Assembly (NCBI RefSeq): GCF_006345805.1
Contig: NC_043008.1
Location: forward strand, 27,218,001-27,282,000
Reading direction: 5' to 3'
DNA length: 64,000 nt
Source of the DNA: Octopus sinensis
Taxonomy: Eukaryota
Position numbers and translations under genes: made by a program. Below, one piece after another: positions 39,195 through 51,288 of this stretch; position 1 is the stretch's first letter; each line of letters opens with the position of its first letter. Under the pieces are notes generated by a model. It worked only from the letters and a program-made list of their open reading frames with translations, searched no databases and had not been told where the DNA came from.

Positions 39195-39722
39195 TTTTCG
39201 CTAGCAAAAATGTCGTTGACCGTGACAACGAAGTTGCGGACACCTTAGCCATCGTCGGACTGCCGACGATGGCTTAACTGGGCACAATTTCGGAGTTAAC
39301 AATATAATGATAATATTCTTCTTCAATAATAAATTTATAACTCACAAAAATATAGAAGAATCCATCAGTTTAATGTAAAATTATTTTTATTAAGCCTCAA
39401 TATAAACGCACACACAACACACACACATGCACCCACCATACATATAAAGTTACATTTGCAAATACAGTTTAGGTAGCAGAATTTAGAAGTAGTAGCCAAA
39501 TGTTGTTTTGGGTATGTCCCTAATAGTGTGCTTACAGATCACATTCACCATTTACGGCTAGTAGTCGTCATCCGCCTTTACTGCACTTATGTCAAAAGAT
39601 CTACGTAAGGAATTCTTCGGTGCACATTTTGTATATTTTTAAATGATTGATACAGAAGATAGGGACTAGTGCAGAAGTAAGTCGAAACGATCGTTATCCT
39701 TAATAAGCCTTCCAGTCCCTTT

Positions 39723-39785
<63 letters not shown>

Positions 39786-39834
39786 GTATGTATGTATGTA
39801 TGTATGTATGTATGTATGTATGTATGTATGCATG

Positions 39835-40000
39835 TATTGGCGTAAGCTAAGCTGTGAGGTGAGAAGTTCGTTACTCAACCACACCACATGGATTCAGTCC
39901 CTATGCGGCATCTTTGGCAAGTGTTTTCTACTATACCTTCAGGCTGTCTAAATACCTGTAAGTGAATTTGATAGAAAAAAGCTGAAAGAATCCCATCACA
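39835..40000 (+). mobile_element. SINE family B, diverged
   Basis: ttggcaagtgttttctactatacc...gctgaaagaatccc. Confidence 0.75.
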
Positions 40001-40162
<162 letters not shown>

Positions 40163-40379
40163 GGAATCCCTCGACTATCGCATGTCCAAAACCATCTGCG
40201 ATACATGAAAATCCGTGAAGTTGAAACAGTACTGTATATTCTTTTATTATTTTTATAATATTTATACATCTATTTTATTATAAATGGAAAACAAAACCAT
40301 GGAGGAATCAACGTAAACTTAAATAATTAAGCGTGATAAGTGAACCGCGACAGCTGAATTGCGAAATGGCGAGGGATTA

Positions 40380-40380
<1 letters not shown>
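40163..40380. mobile_element. pogo/Tigger-like MITE
   Basis: Left end ggaatccctcgactatcgc and right-end reverse complement gtaatccctcgccatttcgc resemble Tigger-type TIRs (CAGTxATCCCTCG). Confidence 0.55.
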
Positions 40381-40459
<79 letters not shown>

Positions 40460-40667
40460 ATGTGAAATAGAAAGATGAATAATCTTGTAGTAGATTAATC
40501 AAAAGTTTAACCGATACCTTAGTAGCAAAAATCACAGCAGTAAACAGCACGGTTGGAGGTACAACCATATGGTGTTGCAACCGTGCGTTGGTGCGGATAA
40601 TTGAAATTAAAACATTATTGGTGAATTGAAGAAATGGAGCTGAACGCAGATTGAACAGAAATCGTTA

Positions 40668-40761
40668 TATTTCATTCTACACGTGTTTCGAAAGGCACAA
40701 ATTACCAAAATCCGATTGATTAATGGGACCATATTGTGTCTTTCTCTTCAGGAAGAAAATA
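40668..40761 (-). ncRNA. Type I hammerhead ribozyme motif
   Basis: Minus strand: uauuuucuuc-CUGAAGA-gaaagacacaa...uugugccuuuc-GAAA-cacgug-UA-gaaugaaaua. Stem I 9/10, stem II 10/11 with G10.1-C11.1, stem III palindrome ACACGUGU, GUA triplet. Confidence 0.8.
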
Positions 40762-40799
40762 GGAAATCCGTTGGAAAAACAAAAACAGAACAGAGAATG

Positions 40800-40849
<50 letters not shown>

Positions 40850-40858
<9 letters not shown>

Positions 40859-41363
40859 AAATTGTCGTTGTGTGAGTGTCTGTCTCCTACGATTTAGATT
40901 CCTAACTCCTCCCACATTTTGCGGTGCAGTTTAACCAAATTCGGGTATCTTATAGTCGTGATTCATATCGAGCCCGTCTGGCTATTAGCGCGCGTCTACA
41001 ATGAGTCTACGATTTTAAAAATAATTTAACATAATTTTTTATTCCATTTTAATGCATAATTTTTCGTGTGTCGATGGCGGCGGAGTTGGCGTCCACGCTC
41101 AAACACCTGCACCTGTGTTTGCTTCTCCCCCTTCTTCCCTCCCTCGTGAAGCTGTGGGGAAGGGAGTTTAAGGAAATCAACGTCGTAATGCGTTGTCAAG
41201 GAGACCAGCGTTCTTTTAGAACAACGACTTCATGGCTTGAAGACACCAAAACAGAAATGGCTAAGAAAGCCCGAATTGGCATCTATAAGGGAAGTAACTC
41301 TCTAAAAATGCTTATATAGTTATTTCCCTTACAAACCCGAGCAGCGCCGGGCGATACTGCTAG
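40850..41363 (+). mobile_element. Non-autonomous Helitron-like element
   Basis: Starts in (TA)n with tatataaaatt; ends with hairpin cccgagcagcgccggg (41336-41351), an 8-nt spacer and CTAG followed by T, the canonical Helitron 3' signature. Confidence 0.7.
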
Positions 41364-41384
41364 TAAGATATAAGATAAAAAAAA

Positions 41385-41790
41385 CACCTTTTATCAATTC
41401 AAAATGAATAATTAAATTACACCATCTAGAATATTACATATAATAGAAAAGTTAAAATTAAGATAACAATAAAATGTAAAGATTAAGTAAATTGCAAAAA
41501 TAATAATAAAAATATATATAATAGGTAGATACGTTATTATTATTATTTTTGCAATTTACTTAATCTTTACTTTTTAATTGTTATTTTAATTTTAACTTTT
41601 CTATTATATGTAATTTTCTAGATGGTGTAATTTAATTATTCATTTTAAATAGATAAAAGGTGGATTTTTTCTAATATATTATATATATATTATATTGTGT
41701 GTAATTTGATTTAGTATTTCTAAATTGAATTGTTTTTCCTTGTAAGTTTGGATTTTATTCCCTCGAATAATAATTATTGTATATATATAT
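41385..41790. repeat. Foldback with ~125-bp arms (41385-41509 / 41538-41662) plus tail; same family as the PLE tail at 19198-19500
   Basis: caccttttatc...tgcaaaaataataataa pairs with ttattattatttttgca...gataaaaggtg at roughly 90% by eye. Confidence 0.9.
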
Positions 41791-41819
41791 ATATATGTTT
41801 GTGTGTGTGTGTGTGTGTA

Positions 41820-42000
41820 TCTCTATTATTTACGTGTGTTTGAGTCCTCCACCACCATTACCTGAAGTCCCTATGAAGTAGAGGTTCGGCAACCAAACCG
41901 ATAGTATAAGTATAAGTCCTACATTATAAGTACTCGGGTTTGACTAAATTATTAAAGGCGCGCTGCGATATGTCTACGGTGCAGTGATTAGTACAAGAAG
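41820..42000 (+). mobile_element. SINE family B 3' fragment, diverged
   Basis: ggttcggcaaccaaaccgatagtataagta...gactaaattattaaaggcgcgct. Confidence 0.65.
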
Positions 42001-43151
42001 TGATAATCGTTATGAGTGTCTGGCTGTATGTGTTTATTATGTTGTTATTTGATTTTTCTATTCATTATCCAGAAAACTATAGCGACAGAATTGGAATTCG
42101 CTAAGTTTTCCGATTCTAATATCTATAATATAACTTTACGTTTTGTTTTGAGAGTTCAATAGAATTTCATTTAAAAATATGGACAATGATAATTGCAAAT
42201 ACATCGGTTGCTAATGCTGCAAGACTTGAACACTCTATGAAAATAGATAAGTAACATCTGAATACGCAACGCCATTGTTGGAATGTTATTCACTATGCAT
42301 ATCTGTGAAAATTTCATCCAGAATATATTATATGAAATGTGAAATAGGAGAATAAGCTATCATGTTATAACCTGGTCCAAGGTGCTATGCAGAGGGACTG
42401 AACCCAAACAACGAGTGGATTTTTAGATGTTGTATATGTGTGTGTTTCACCTCTAAATTTACCGTAAGTTAATTCAAATATCTAAAAACAAAACGCTTTT
42501 AAAGAGTGAGATGTTCAGTGACGATTGTTGATTAATATATAATTTTTAAAAACTTCACTGTATCGATACCTTACATTCAATGATTTCAGCCAACATAGAA
42601 CTAAAAGGTATTTCACATGATAGATTACGCTATGTAGCTTACAAGTTCAAAATTCACAATATGTCAGAATGAACTTAATTTTATTGTGCGCGACACGAAA
42701 ATTGAAAAAAATAGGCTTTGTTGACAGTTTTAAAACAATAAGGGGTTTTAATGCAAATTAAAGAGGGAATGTTTAAAAAATTTGTATTAATATATTGCAA
42801 CTAATATTGTGTTGAATATTGTCAATAATTGTACAATTATTGTAAATATCCAGAGAAACAGTAAATAACTGAGAGTATCTGCTTTGGTGGATAATTCTAC
42901 TTGTTAAGTAATACATGTAAACGGTCCTGTTGCTATATGTCTCTGGAAGTTAGATTAGCATGTGACGTTTGTTGTGTGTGTTATGGCATGCTGCATTATG
43001 GTTTGCATCTGATTAAGGCAACGAAACTGATATATATATATATATTTATATAGACACACAGTAACACGTACACAGATGTACATGCATAAACATGCATACA
43101 TACATATATACATACATACATACATACATATATATATATATATAATATATA

Positions 43152-43226
<75 letters not shown>

Positions 43227-43300
43227 ATAGATTGATAGAAATGGCAAGGCAACAAAAGAATGAGAGATCTCGATATTATGTAAATAGAGGAATTCATTTG

Positions 43301-43519
43301 TAAATATAATATGTGACAATTATTCGGTAGCCATGATAAACCTCCGGGTTTCGGATGTCGGGGCGGAAACCCACGCCGGCATCTCTTCAGTTATCGGGTC
43401 ATGGTAAAAAACGATATGAAAAATAGATCTTTTTTCATAGCCGGCGTAGATTTCCACCTCGACATCCGAAATTCGGAGGTTTATCATGGCTACCAAATAC
43501 TTGTCACATATTATATTTA
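43301..43519. repeat. 80-bp inverted arms (43301-43380 / 43440-43519) with an internal 9-bp hairpin
   Basis: 72/80 identical by hand count; the loop contains tatgaaaaa/tttttcata. Confidence 0.9.
43331..43404 (-). ncRNA. Degenerate hammerhead-like motif
   Basis: Minus strand: ccau..gauaa-CUGAAGA-gaugccgg...ccgacauc-c-GAAA-cc(cgga)gg-UU-uauc-augg. Requires a bulged C in stem II and a bulged A in stem I. Confidence 0.4.
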
Positions 43520-45060
43520 AACACACACACACACACACACACACATACACACACACACATATATATATATAAATAAACGGCGCACTTGGAAGTATTAGCA
43601 CTTAACTACCAAAGTAGCTCAAGAATGTTTGTACAAATGTAAAGGCAGAAAACCTACAAAGAATCAGCATTGCGTGCAGCAGTAACGCTTCTACGCAGAG
43701 TTCTCGAAGCATGACCAGTAAACAAGTGTCATCTTAGCTTTCTGGTTGTGGACAGCTGACACTCTCCTTCATACTTTGCAAAATAAGCAGAGAGATTTTC
43801 ATCAAATAACAACAACAACAACAATTATGATAATTACTTACAAAACATTAAGGAACTTAAGGTACGTTCTTTTCGAGGTTACTAACGTCACTGGGTACAA
43901 CGAAACTGTGGATGCTTTTAAATGCAGAATTTTACTCATAGTATACGTTTTACTTCGCATTGAGAAATTGCTTGCTTCGTGAACATCTAAACATTAACTA
44001 TGGAATTCATACATTGCAGTGGCAAGCACTGACATTCGCTAAACAGCATTGTGCAGATTACTGCTTTGCTAATGTCTAATTTGATGTATGATTCTGAAGA
44101 GTTGGTTGCTTCTTAATCTATTTATTTACGCCCCTGTTGATAAATCGAACCACTTTATATTCGGAGGTACTGACATGACTAAATTCAATATTATTAAGGC
44201 TGTAGTTGGTACTGAATTAAAATAATACAAGCTGCGCTTGTCGTAGGTTTTAATAGAATTTCTGTAGTATTGTACAAATTGCTATTATATTATTTCAAGA
44301 TACTGGTTTTCACTGTACTAATTACTCTACTTTCAACATGTTATATGGATAATTATTCATCCATGAATGGTTTATTCCCTGAAATTTTAGTTTCTACTCT
44401 ACTCATTTTATAAACTATTTTAAGAGTTAAAGGAAAAACAAGACTAAAAGATAAAATGCTAACTTCAATAAAAATGTAATATTAAGTAAAAATGTTTCTC
44501 ATATTTACTTAATCGTACGTTATTACTAAAATTGCTTGTATTAGATATATCCTTCACAAAATTAATCAGATAATATACTAGTAATATTAAGTAAGAAACA
44601 ATTATATTTCTCGTATCAAAGATATTCATCGCGTGCCGATTATGGGAACTGCAATTTTCTCAACAGAACAACCCTATTGTAAACAGAGTTATTACCCACA
44701 AAAACATAGAAAAAGGAAATGTGTATATCTGCACTCCACAGTTGTTTGTAAACAATCTCCAAATTATGCACAGACCTTTATTTCTTGAAATGTCAAAAAC
44801 GCATCTCCAAGATTTCGGATTCGTTTCATGCAAATATTTTATATCCAAGGGAAATGTCTGGGACATACCAATATACATTGGAATGCACCACCCTCCAAAG
44901 GAGCGAGAGTGAGTGAGAGAGAGAGAGAAAGAGAGAGCGAGATCTGCTAACATACAGCATTGGATGATTTATGATGTTTAGCGCAATGAAACGTGTTTGT
45001 CGAAATAGTCAGAAGCGAGAGACCGTAATTGACACATTTCACACGGCAAATCTCCCGTAG

Positions 45061-45142
45061 GACACAAGTAAATTATTCTCAAGGATAAGACAAGAAAGCA
45101 ACAGGGATATCATTGTAGGTCATGGCCTAACAGAGACATACG
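45061..45142 (+). CDS. Candidate coding exon, weak resemblance to the ANL adenylating-enzyme YGxTE motif
   Basis: Acceptor tctcccgtag, donor ACG|gtgagt; 27 codons + 1 nt, DTSKLFSRIRQESNRDIIVGHGLTETY(G). Confidence 0.4.
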
Positions 45143-46531
45143 GTGAGTGAAGTTTCTGAGTCTTTAGATTTAAAAAATGAATATTTGCCTATGGATTTGT
45201 AGAATAGACTTAGATGTAAGAAATAAGAGCACATTATGCGTCTAGGTTCTCTAAGTGTTATACATACGGATAACTATGTGATTATGAAAGTGGGACTCGA
45301 CCACATAATCGCCAGGTCAATAAACTCGCCAAACCGCCTGAAGAGTACTAAAAGCGTCTTCATAAGAAACAGTTTCTGTGTTGCATCCCAAACTAGAAAA
45401 TAGCATTTAAACATGAAAATTGTGAAACATTTTACCCAATGTTGTAACGGAAAAAATTACATTAGTGATTACCATGCACTATACATATGATGTATAATGT
45501 CTCAACATATTCTGAAATATGCAAAATTATAGTCAATTACACTAAATAAAAAAACGAAGACTTATTTTCTATATTTTTTATATTTATCTTTTGCTTGCGC
45601 TGCGCTTTCATGTTTTTCAGTATTGGAGGAGAGGTAAAATACTAACTAGAATAATTCAACTTTAAATACGTTACAGACGTCTCCTTAGCATTAACACAAT
45701 ATATTCTTAATATATATATATAAGGAAATGATAAAATACTAAAACATCAATCTTTTTTGTTTCCCTTCTAGTGACAGAAAGCTTCAGAAATTTGATGGCA
45801 ATATTTGAAGTGTGTGCGCTTGTGATGGTGGCGTAAATAAGGAGATATTAAAGGAAAATGTTTCTTTCAAAGCAAATGCAAAATATTATTCAATATATAT
45901 TTCTTAGTGATGTTTGTTGAGCAGTAGTTAAACACACGTACATTGTTGTAAGGAAAGAAAGAAAAACATAGGCATACACAAACAGCAAAGCAGCAGCATT
46001 ACTTTAATTGAAATGGAAATTGATGACGATAGTTTTTGCAAGTAAAATATTTGATTTTAATATCCGTTTTGTCAGAATATTATATATATTTTGAAACTTT
46101 TTAACGAAATTTTACTATAATTGAAGTTTATGTATTTTCTACGAGATATTAAACCAATTCACAATTCTTTTATGTTATTTCTGCAAAATTTCCTTATATT
46201 TTATCTTTACTGAAGTCAAACAATCAGATAACTGTAATTGGGAAAGGAAGATGTGATATAGGGTGACATACGGAGAATAAGAAGGTGTGTGGCGAGTGAA
46301 AATATGTCATTTAATTTAGCAATTCTTATTGGCTAATACTAACGCTGAAATATTTCTATCCCTAAATTCTTTCGCAAGACTAAGAAGGCCTTCTATAAAG
46401 AAAACTGAACTTCGAACTTAGGGTAAATCTTTGATATATGCCCCGAGTTTCTCATACAATATAACTATCAGTTGCTGCCATTCTCAAACATAATTTTAAA
46501 AGGTAATTCAAACTCAAAAAGTATTAATCTC

Positions 46532-46732
46532 AAATTTTGGTAGACGGCCAAGTTCGGGAGACGGGTTGAGTCGATTACATCGAGCCCTGTGCGCAACTAG
46601 TAATTGCTTTATCGACCCCGAAGGATGGAAGGCAAAGTTGACCTTGCCGGAGTTTAAACTCAGAATGTCAGGATAGACGAAATGCAGCTGAGCGTTGTGT
46701 TCGGCCTGTTAACGATTCTGTCGGCTCACCGT
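46532..46732 (-). mobile_element. SINE family A
   Basis: tttatcgaccccgaaggatggaaggcaaagttgacc is the reverse complement of the core. Confidence 0.85.
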
Positions 46733-46899
46733 CTTTAACTTGGAAAATATTACGATAGAATACTATTTTTATATTTTTAGTGAAACACTTTAATGACTAA
46801 ATTTTTAGGATTTAGCAGTGTTAATGAGTATATTTTTTTCAAGAACTGTTTTACAATGTTGCTGTTGTTGTTATCATCATCATCATCATCATTATTATT

Positions 46900-47115
46900 A
46901 AGGGCAAAATCTGGCAGAATCGTCAGTGCGCTGGACGAAATGATTGGCAGTAGTTCGTCCGTCGCTACGTTCTGAGATCGAATTCCGCCGAGGTCGACTT
47001 TGCTTTTCATCCATTCAGGGTCGATTAAATAAGTACCATTTGCGCACTGGGGTTGATGTAATCGACTTAATCCCTTTCTCAAATTTGCGGCCTTGTGTTT
47101 CCAGTAGAAAGGATT
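46900..47115 (+). mobile_element. SINE family A
   Basis: aattccgccgaggtcgactttgcttttcatccattcagggtcgattaaataagtacc. Confidence 0.9.
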
Positions 47116-48109
47116 ATCATCATCATCATCATCATCATTATTATTATTATTATTATTATTGTATTTATTACCATTATTACAGAGAATGATTAAAGCACCG
47201 AAGCATAGTAAAGTGGAATATGTTAAAATATGTCAACATAGAAGAATGAAAGGAAATTAGACAGCTTAGTACGGCATAATTTTATTGCAGGAAGCAGGGA
47301 TGCAGAAAGAGTTCATCACAACTCGAAAAGTTCCCAGTGTAGACAAAAATATAAAACCTGACAAATAGACTATCTAGTATGACTACAATTGTAACTTTCA
47401 TTGCTTTTAATGTGAACATGGTAAGTCAGGTATGCAATATGTACGACATTTGTACAATTACGTATTATGTTACGTAACGGACAACTCTTCAGGCAAACCA
47501 AATAAGCAAGCTAGCGTCGACATTTTATTTCACAAACGAATAATCAATAGGTGAATTTTTTCATCAGATTTACCAATATTAAAGAAATGTAAAATGTCAA
47601 ATTTGAGGCTGGAGAGTGAAGTGAGACTAAAAGTTTTAAAACATTTCTAATCTTATATGCCATGAAACTTAGCAATCTCGTTCATTAATGTTGTTAGTGA
47701 CAGAAAATGTTTTTATACTGGCAAATAGGGGATACCCAGCACGACATTTCACACGACTGAGATATGTTCAAAGAACAGCTGCAGATACTGCTCTAAACTA
47801 CACCATTAACAGAGTTAAATTGTTTAAAATTTAATAATATCAAGGAGATGCATAGTTAATAAATTCCAGCGTTACTTATTTGTTCACTTCATTAGTTTTC
47901 ATAAAAAAATATTCCAGTTATTTATTCCAGGACTAACAGAGTATTAGCTTTAATTGATGGAATTCCAACTAATTATAATCCTAGGGGAACAACGTAAAGA
48001 AAATTGCAGATTAGCGTTGTCAATTTAAAAAATTCAATGCGGTATGAGGAAAAACATGACTAGAAAGGAAAAGAAATAACAGAAATAGAATAGTACAAAT
48101 CACAGAGGG

Positions 48110-48144
<35 letters not shown>

Positions 48145-48829
48145 TGATAAATACAATGACAAGAAAATGGTATTCGCATAAACAAATTATTTGTGTGTGC
48201 CAGAGTAATGAAAGTAGTATAGGCAATAATATCAACTTAAATATAAAAATTAATGAATCTAAAAATATATGTTAGTTAAAGATGGAAATTTATAGATATC
48301 AGTTATTTAGCTGCAAAGAAGTTACGAGTTGCGAGGCCAAAAAAGAAAAGAGGAAAAGGACACAAACAACATTCCCGATAAAAAACCTACAAAAACTATA
48401 AAACTAACTCTTCAACAAACCAGTGTCGTCAAAATGCTCTTTAGAATAAAGTCAATTAAAATGATAAAAGTTAAGTAGAAAGCTTAAACACGGCTACAAT
48501 AATTCACAACTATTAGGAGTACAAAGCAAGTGTTTAAAATATTTATAATTATGAAGAATTATGAAGGCTAAACATGCAGCATAATGTTAAGAGAATTTAT
48601 TGGATCATAATGAATTTTGAAGTTCGTAATAAAAGGGGTGGATACAAATATTATGAAGATATCATGTGAAGGTAGACGCAAGTTAAAAACTTGTTAAATT
48701 AATTATATAAAATACTGATCATACGAAAAGCAGATGTTGTTAGGACTAAGGGTCACGAAAATTAGCTTAAATATGATCTGCTACGAAGATAATAGTAATA
48801 ATATTGATTCGAAATATTGGCACACAGGC

Positions 48830-49015
48830 AGATATCTCGGACGTGAAGCGAAGACTTTTAGATCGATCCCAGTATTCTAGTGACACTTATTTTATCAACT
48901 CCAAAAGGGATGAAGTGTAACGTCAACTTCGGTGGAAGCTGACTTCAGAATGTAAAGACGGACGAAATGCCAATAAGTACAGTTTTTGGCGTGATAACGA
49001 ATCTGCTAGCTCATA
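48830..49015 (-). mobile_element. SINE family A, diverged
   Basis: ttttatcaactccaaaagggatgaag...ttcagaatgtaaagacggacgaaatgc. Confidence 0.75.
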
Positions 49016-50437
49016 GGCTTACGGTAAACATAGCTTAATCTCTTAATAGTAAAACTATTAAGAGATTGCTTGGTATTTAAGTATAGCCCACGAATTTTAT
49101 TACTTGTAATAAGATCTATATCGTAGAGTCTTATATGCATAACTAACACTCCGGGAATTCTTAAAAATTACCTAGTTGGTTTATGAAAGAATGCAGGCAT
49201 ATTGGTCCTTAATTGATCCAAATTATTGATAACTTCACCTACGTACCTGAAGATTTCTTACAATTCCAAACAACAGAATTTGCTACTATATCTCTAGATA
49301 ACAAATGTGTTAGCGTATCAAGCGATGCTCCCCACATTAGACGAAAATCGAAATTTTTCTCCTTAATATACCAGACCTTCGGAGAGAGCTCTAGTTTGTC
49401 GCTTTATTTCTCTTTCTAGACGTTCGAAAATGATTATAAAATATTGTTTTCATAATGGAAAATCTGGACACCTCGCAAGTGAAAGTATGTAGAATAGGTC
49501 TGGTACTTAAACTACATACATTATTTTTGGTGAGACATTTATTTCTTAGTAGGTATTCCATAACCTGGTTGCAGCCAAGATGCCATTATTCAGTTGACAA
49601 TCATAATCAGTAGGATTCTTATGTGAATTAGTCACTCCATCGAAACTTACAGTACAATATTCGTACTAGTGTGTGATAAAAATAATTTTGTTCTTCAGGC
49701 ACTCCAAAATAATTGTACATGTTATTATTTTCAATACTGATTACGACGACGAGTGATCCAGTTGACGCGAATAACAGAACAACATCCTTGCAAAATTAAC
49801 GTGCAAGTGGTTGCGTAATTCATAGACACGTGTACGTCTGATGTAGTTCTCAGGGAGATTCAGCTGTTCCTTTAAATAACAAGTGCAACTCACATTTTTG
49901 CAAAGATACTATGGTCACAGAGAATAATCATGTCGATCCAGAAAGAAACGTTATTTTTTGGTCTTTCAGAACAATATCATAGATAGTTCAATCTATGTAC
50001 TGGATAGCCCTAAAGAATCGCTACATTTTCTCCCTGAGGAAAAATTTCAGGATGATGGTTATGTCACTTGTCGACAGTTTTGATTACTAGTGTTGACATT
50101 GGCCAGCTCCATTATATCTTGAATTATATTCCACTAATGCTAAAACTTTACATCCAGATATTACACTTAGGTGGTCCCCTGTTTCAATATCCTCATTGCA
50201 GAATCGGCACTCATTTTCATCACATTAGCTTAGATCATAAGCAGAACCCATCTATCTACCAATTGCTGTTGCAGTTTTTTCCTTGCCATTAATTTCACCT
50301 ACTCGGCAAGACACTTGTCGCATTTCTCGCTGGTTGTTTATCCTAGGTATCACACATGAAATCAAAGGCAATTTTTTCTCAACTGTGTGACAGAATGAAG
50401 GTCTTTATACATCTCGTGATCTTTAACCAGACGTTCG

Positions 50438-50469
<32 letters not shown>

Positions 50470-50478
50470 CTTCTTCTT

Positions 50479-50509
<31 letters not shown>

Positions 50510-50541
50510 TCATTATTATTATCATTATTATTATCATTATT

Positions 50542-51054
50542 GAGTGAGAGAGCAGGATATGCCATCAAGGTGATAGTTGAGTACGAATATACGAAGTCCA
50601 ATATACTCGTCATGACTACTCGTCTGATAAAGGTAGACTATGCACATGCATCACAACCATGTGTGCGACATGGTGATTCCCTATCAGGTTAGATAGTGCA
50701 TGAACTTGTATGAGGAGCCTACTTAGAATTATATCCAGGCGAGTAACCCATGCTGCTCCAAAGGTCCGTGAATAATAGTTGTTTAAGGATGTTGAACGAA
50801 ACACCATGTTTCCAGAGGTAAATTACTCAAACCCCAAAGAATTCCTTTCAGCACTTAGCTATGATGCTACCCACTACTTCTGCTTGTTATTAGAGACACG
50901 CATACTATCAGCCACCAAGGGACATTCTCAACTGGTTGAGGTCAAACAAATGACAAGCACATCTGTGGTATTGAGCAGAATATTTGTTGCATCCTATCTT
51001 TGACTCCAAGACAAAACATGTTTAATAACATTTCCAATCACTTAAGATCAGGGA
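50542..51054 (-). mobile_element. (AAT)n-flanked ~550-bp element, diverged copy
   Basis: Reverse complement of the 30639-31193 family; flanked by ATT/TTC/TTG microsatellites. Confidence 0.8.
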
Positions 51055-51127
51055 TCTTCTTCTTCTTTTTCTTCTTTTTCTACTTCTTCTTTTTCTACTT
51101 CTTCTTCTTTTTCTTCTTCTTCTTCTT

Positions 51128-51193
<66 letters not shown>

Positions 51194-51288
51194 TAGTTTT
51201 ATTTTTTATAGCGTGCTTTCACTTCACTACCGAGCGCAGCTCTGTGTGCCTTGGGTATGTGCTGTGATTTGTTGTGATGCTCTGATGG

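Noticed and set aside
38570-39700. gaaacatatgtt (minus, ~38580) and gaaacgatcgtt (plus, ~39684) stem III-like palindromes
   Set aside because: No CUGANGA core at a compatible position.
47460-47580. Two hammerhead-like arrangements on the minus strand
   Set aside because: GAAA is mutated and stem I does not pair; too degenerate to support.
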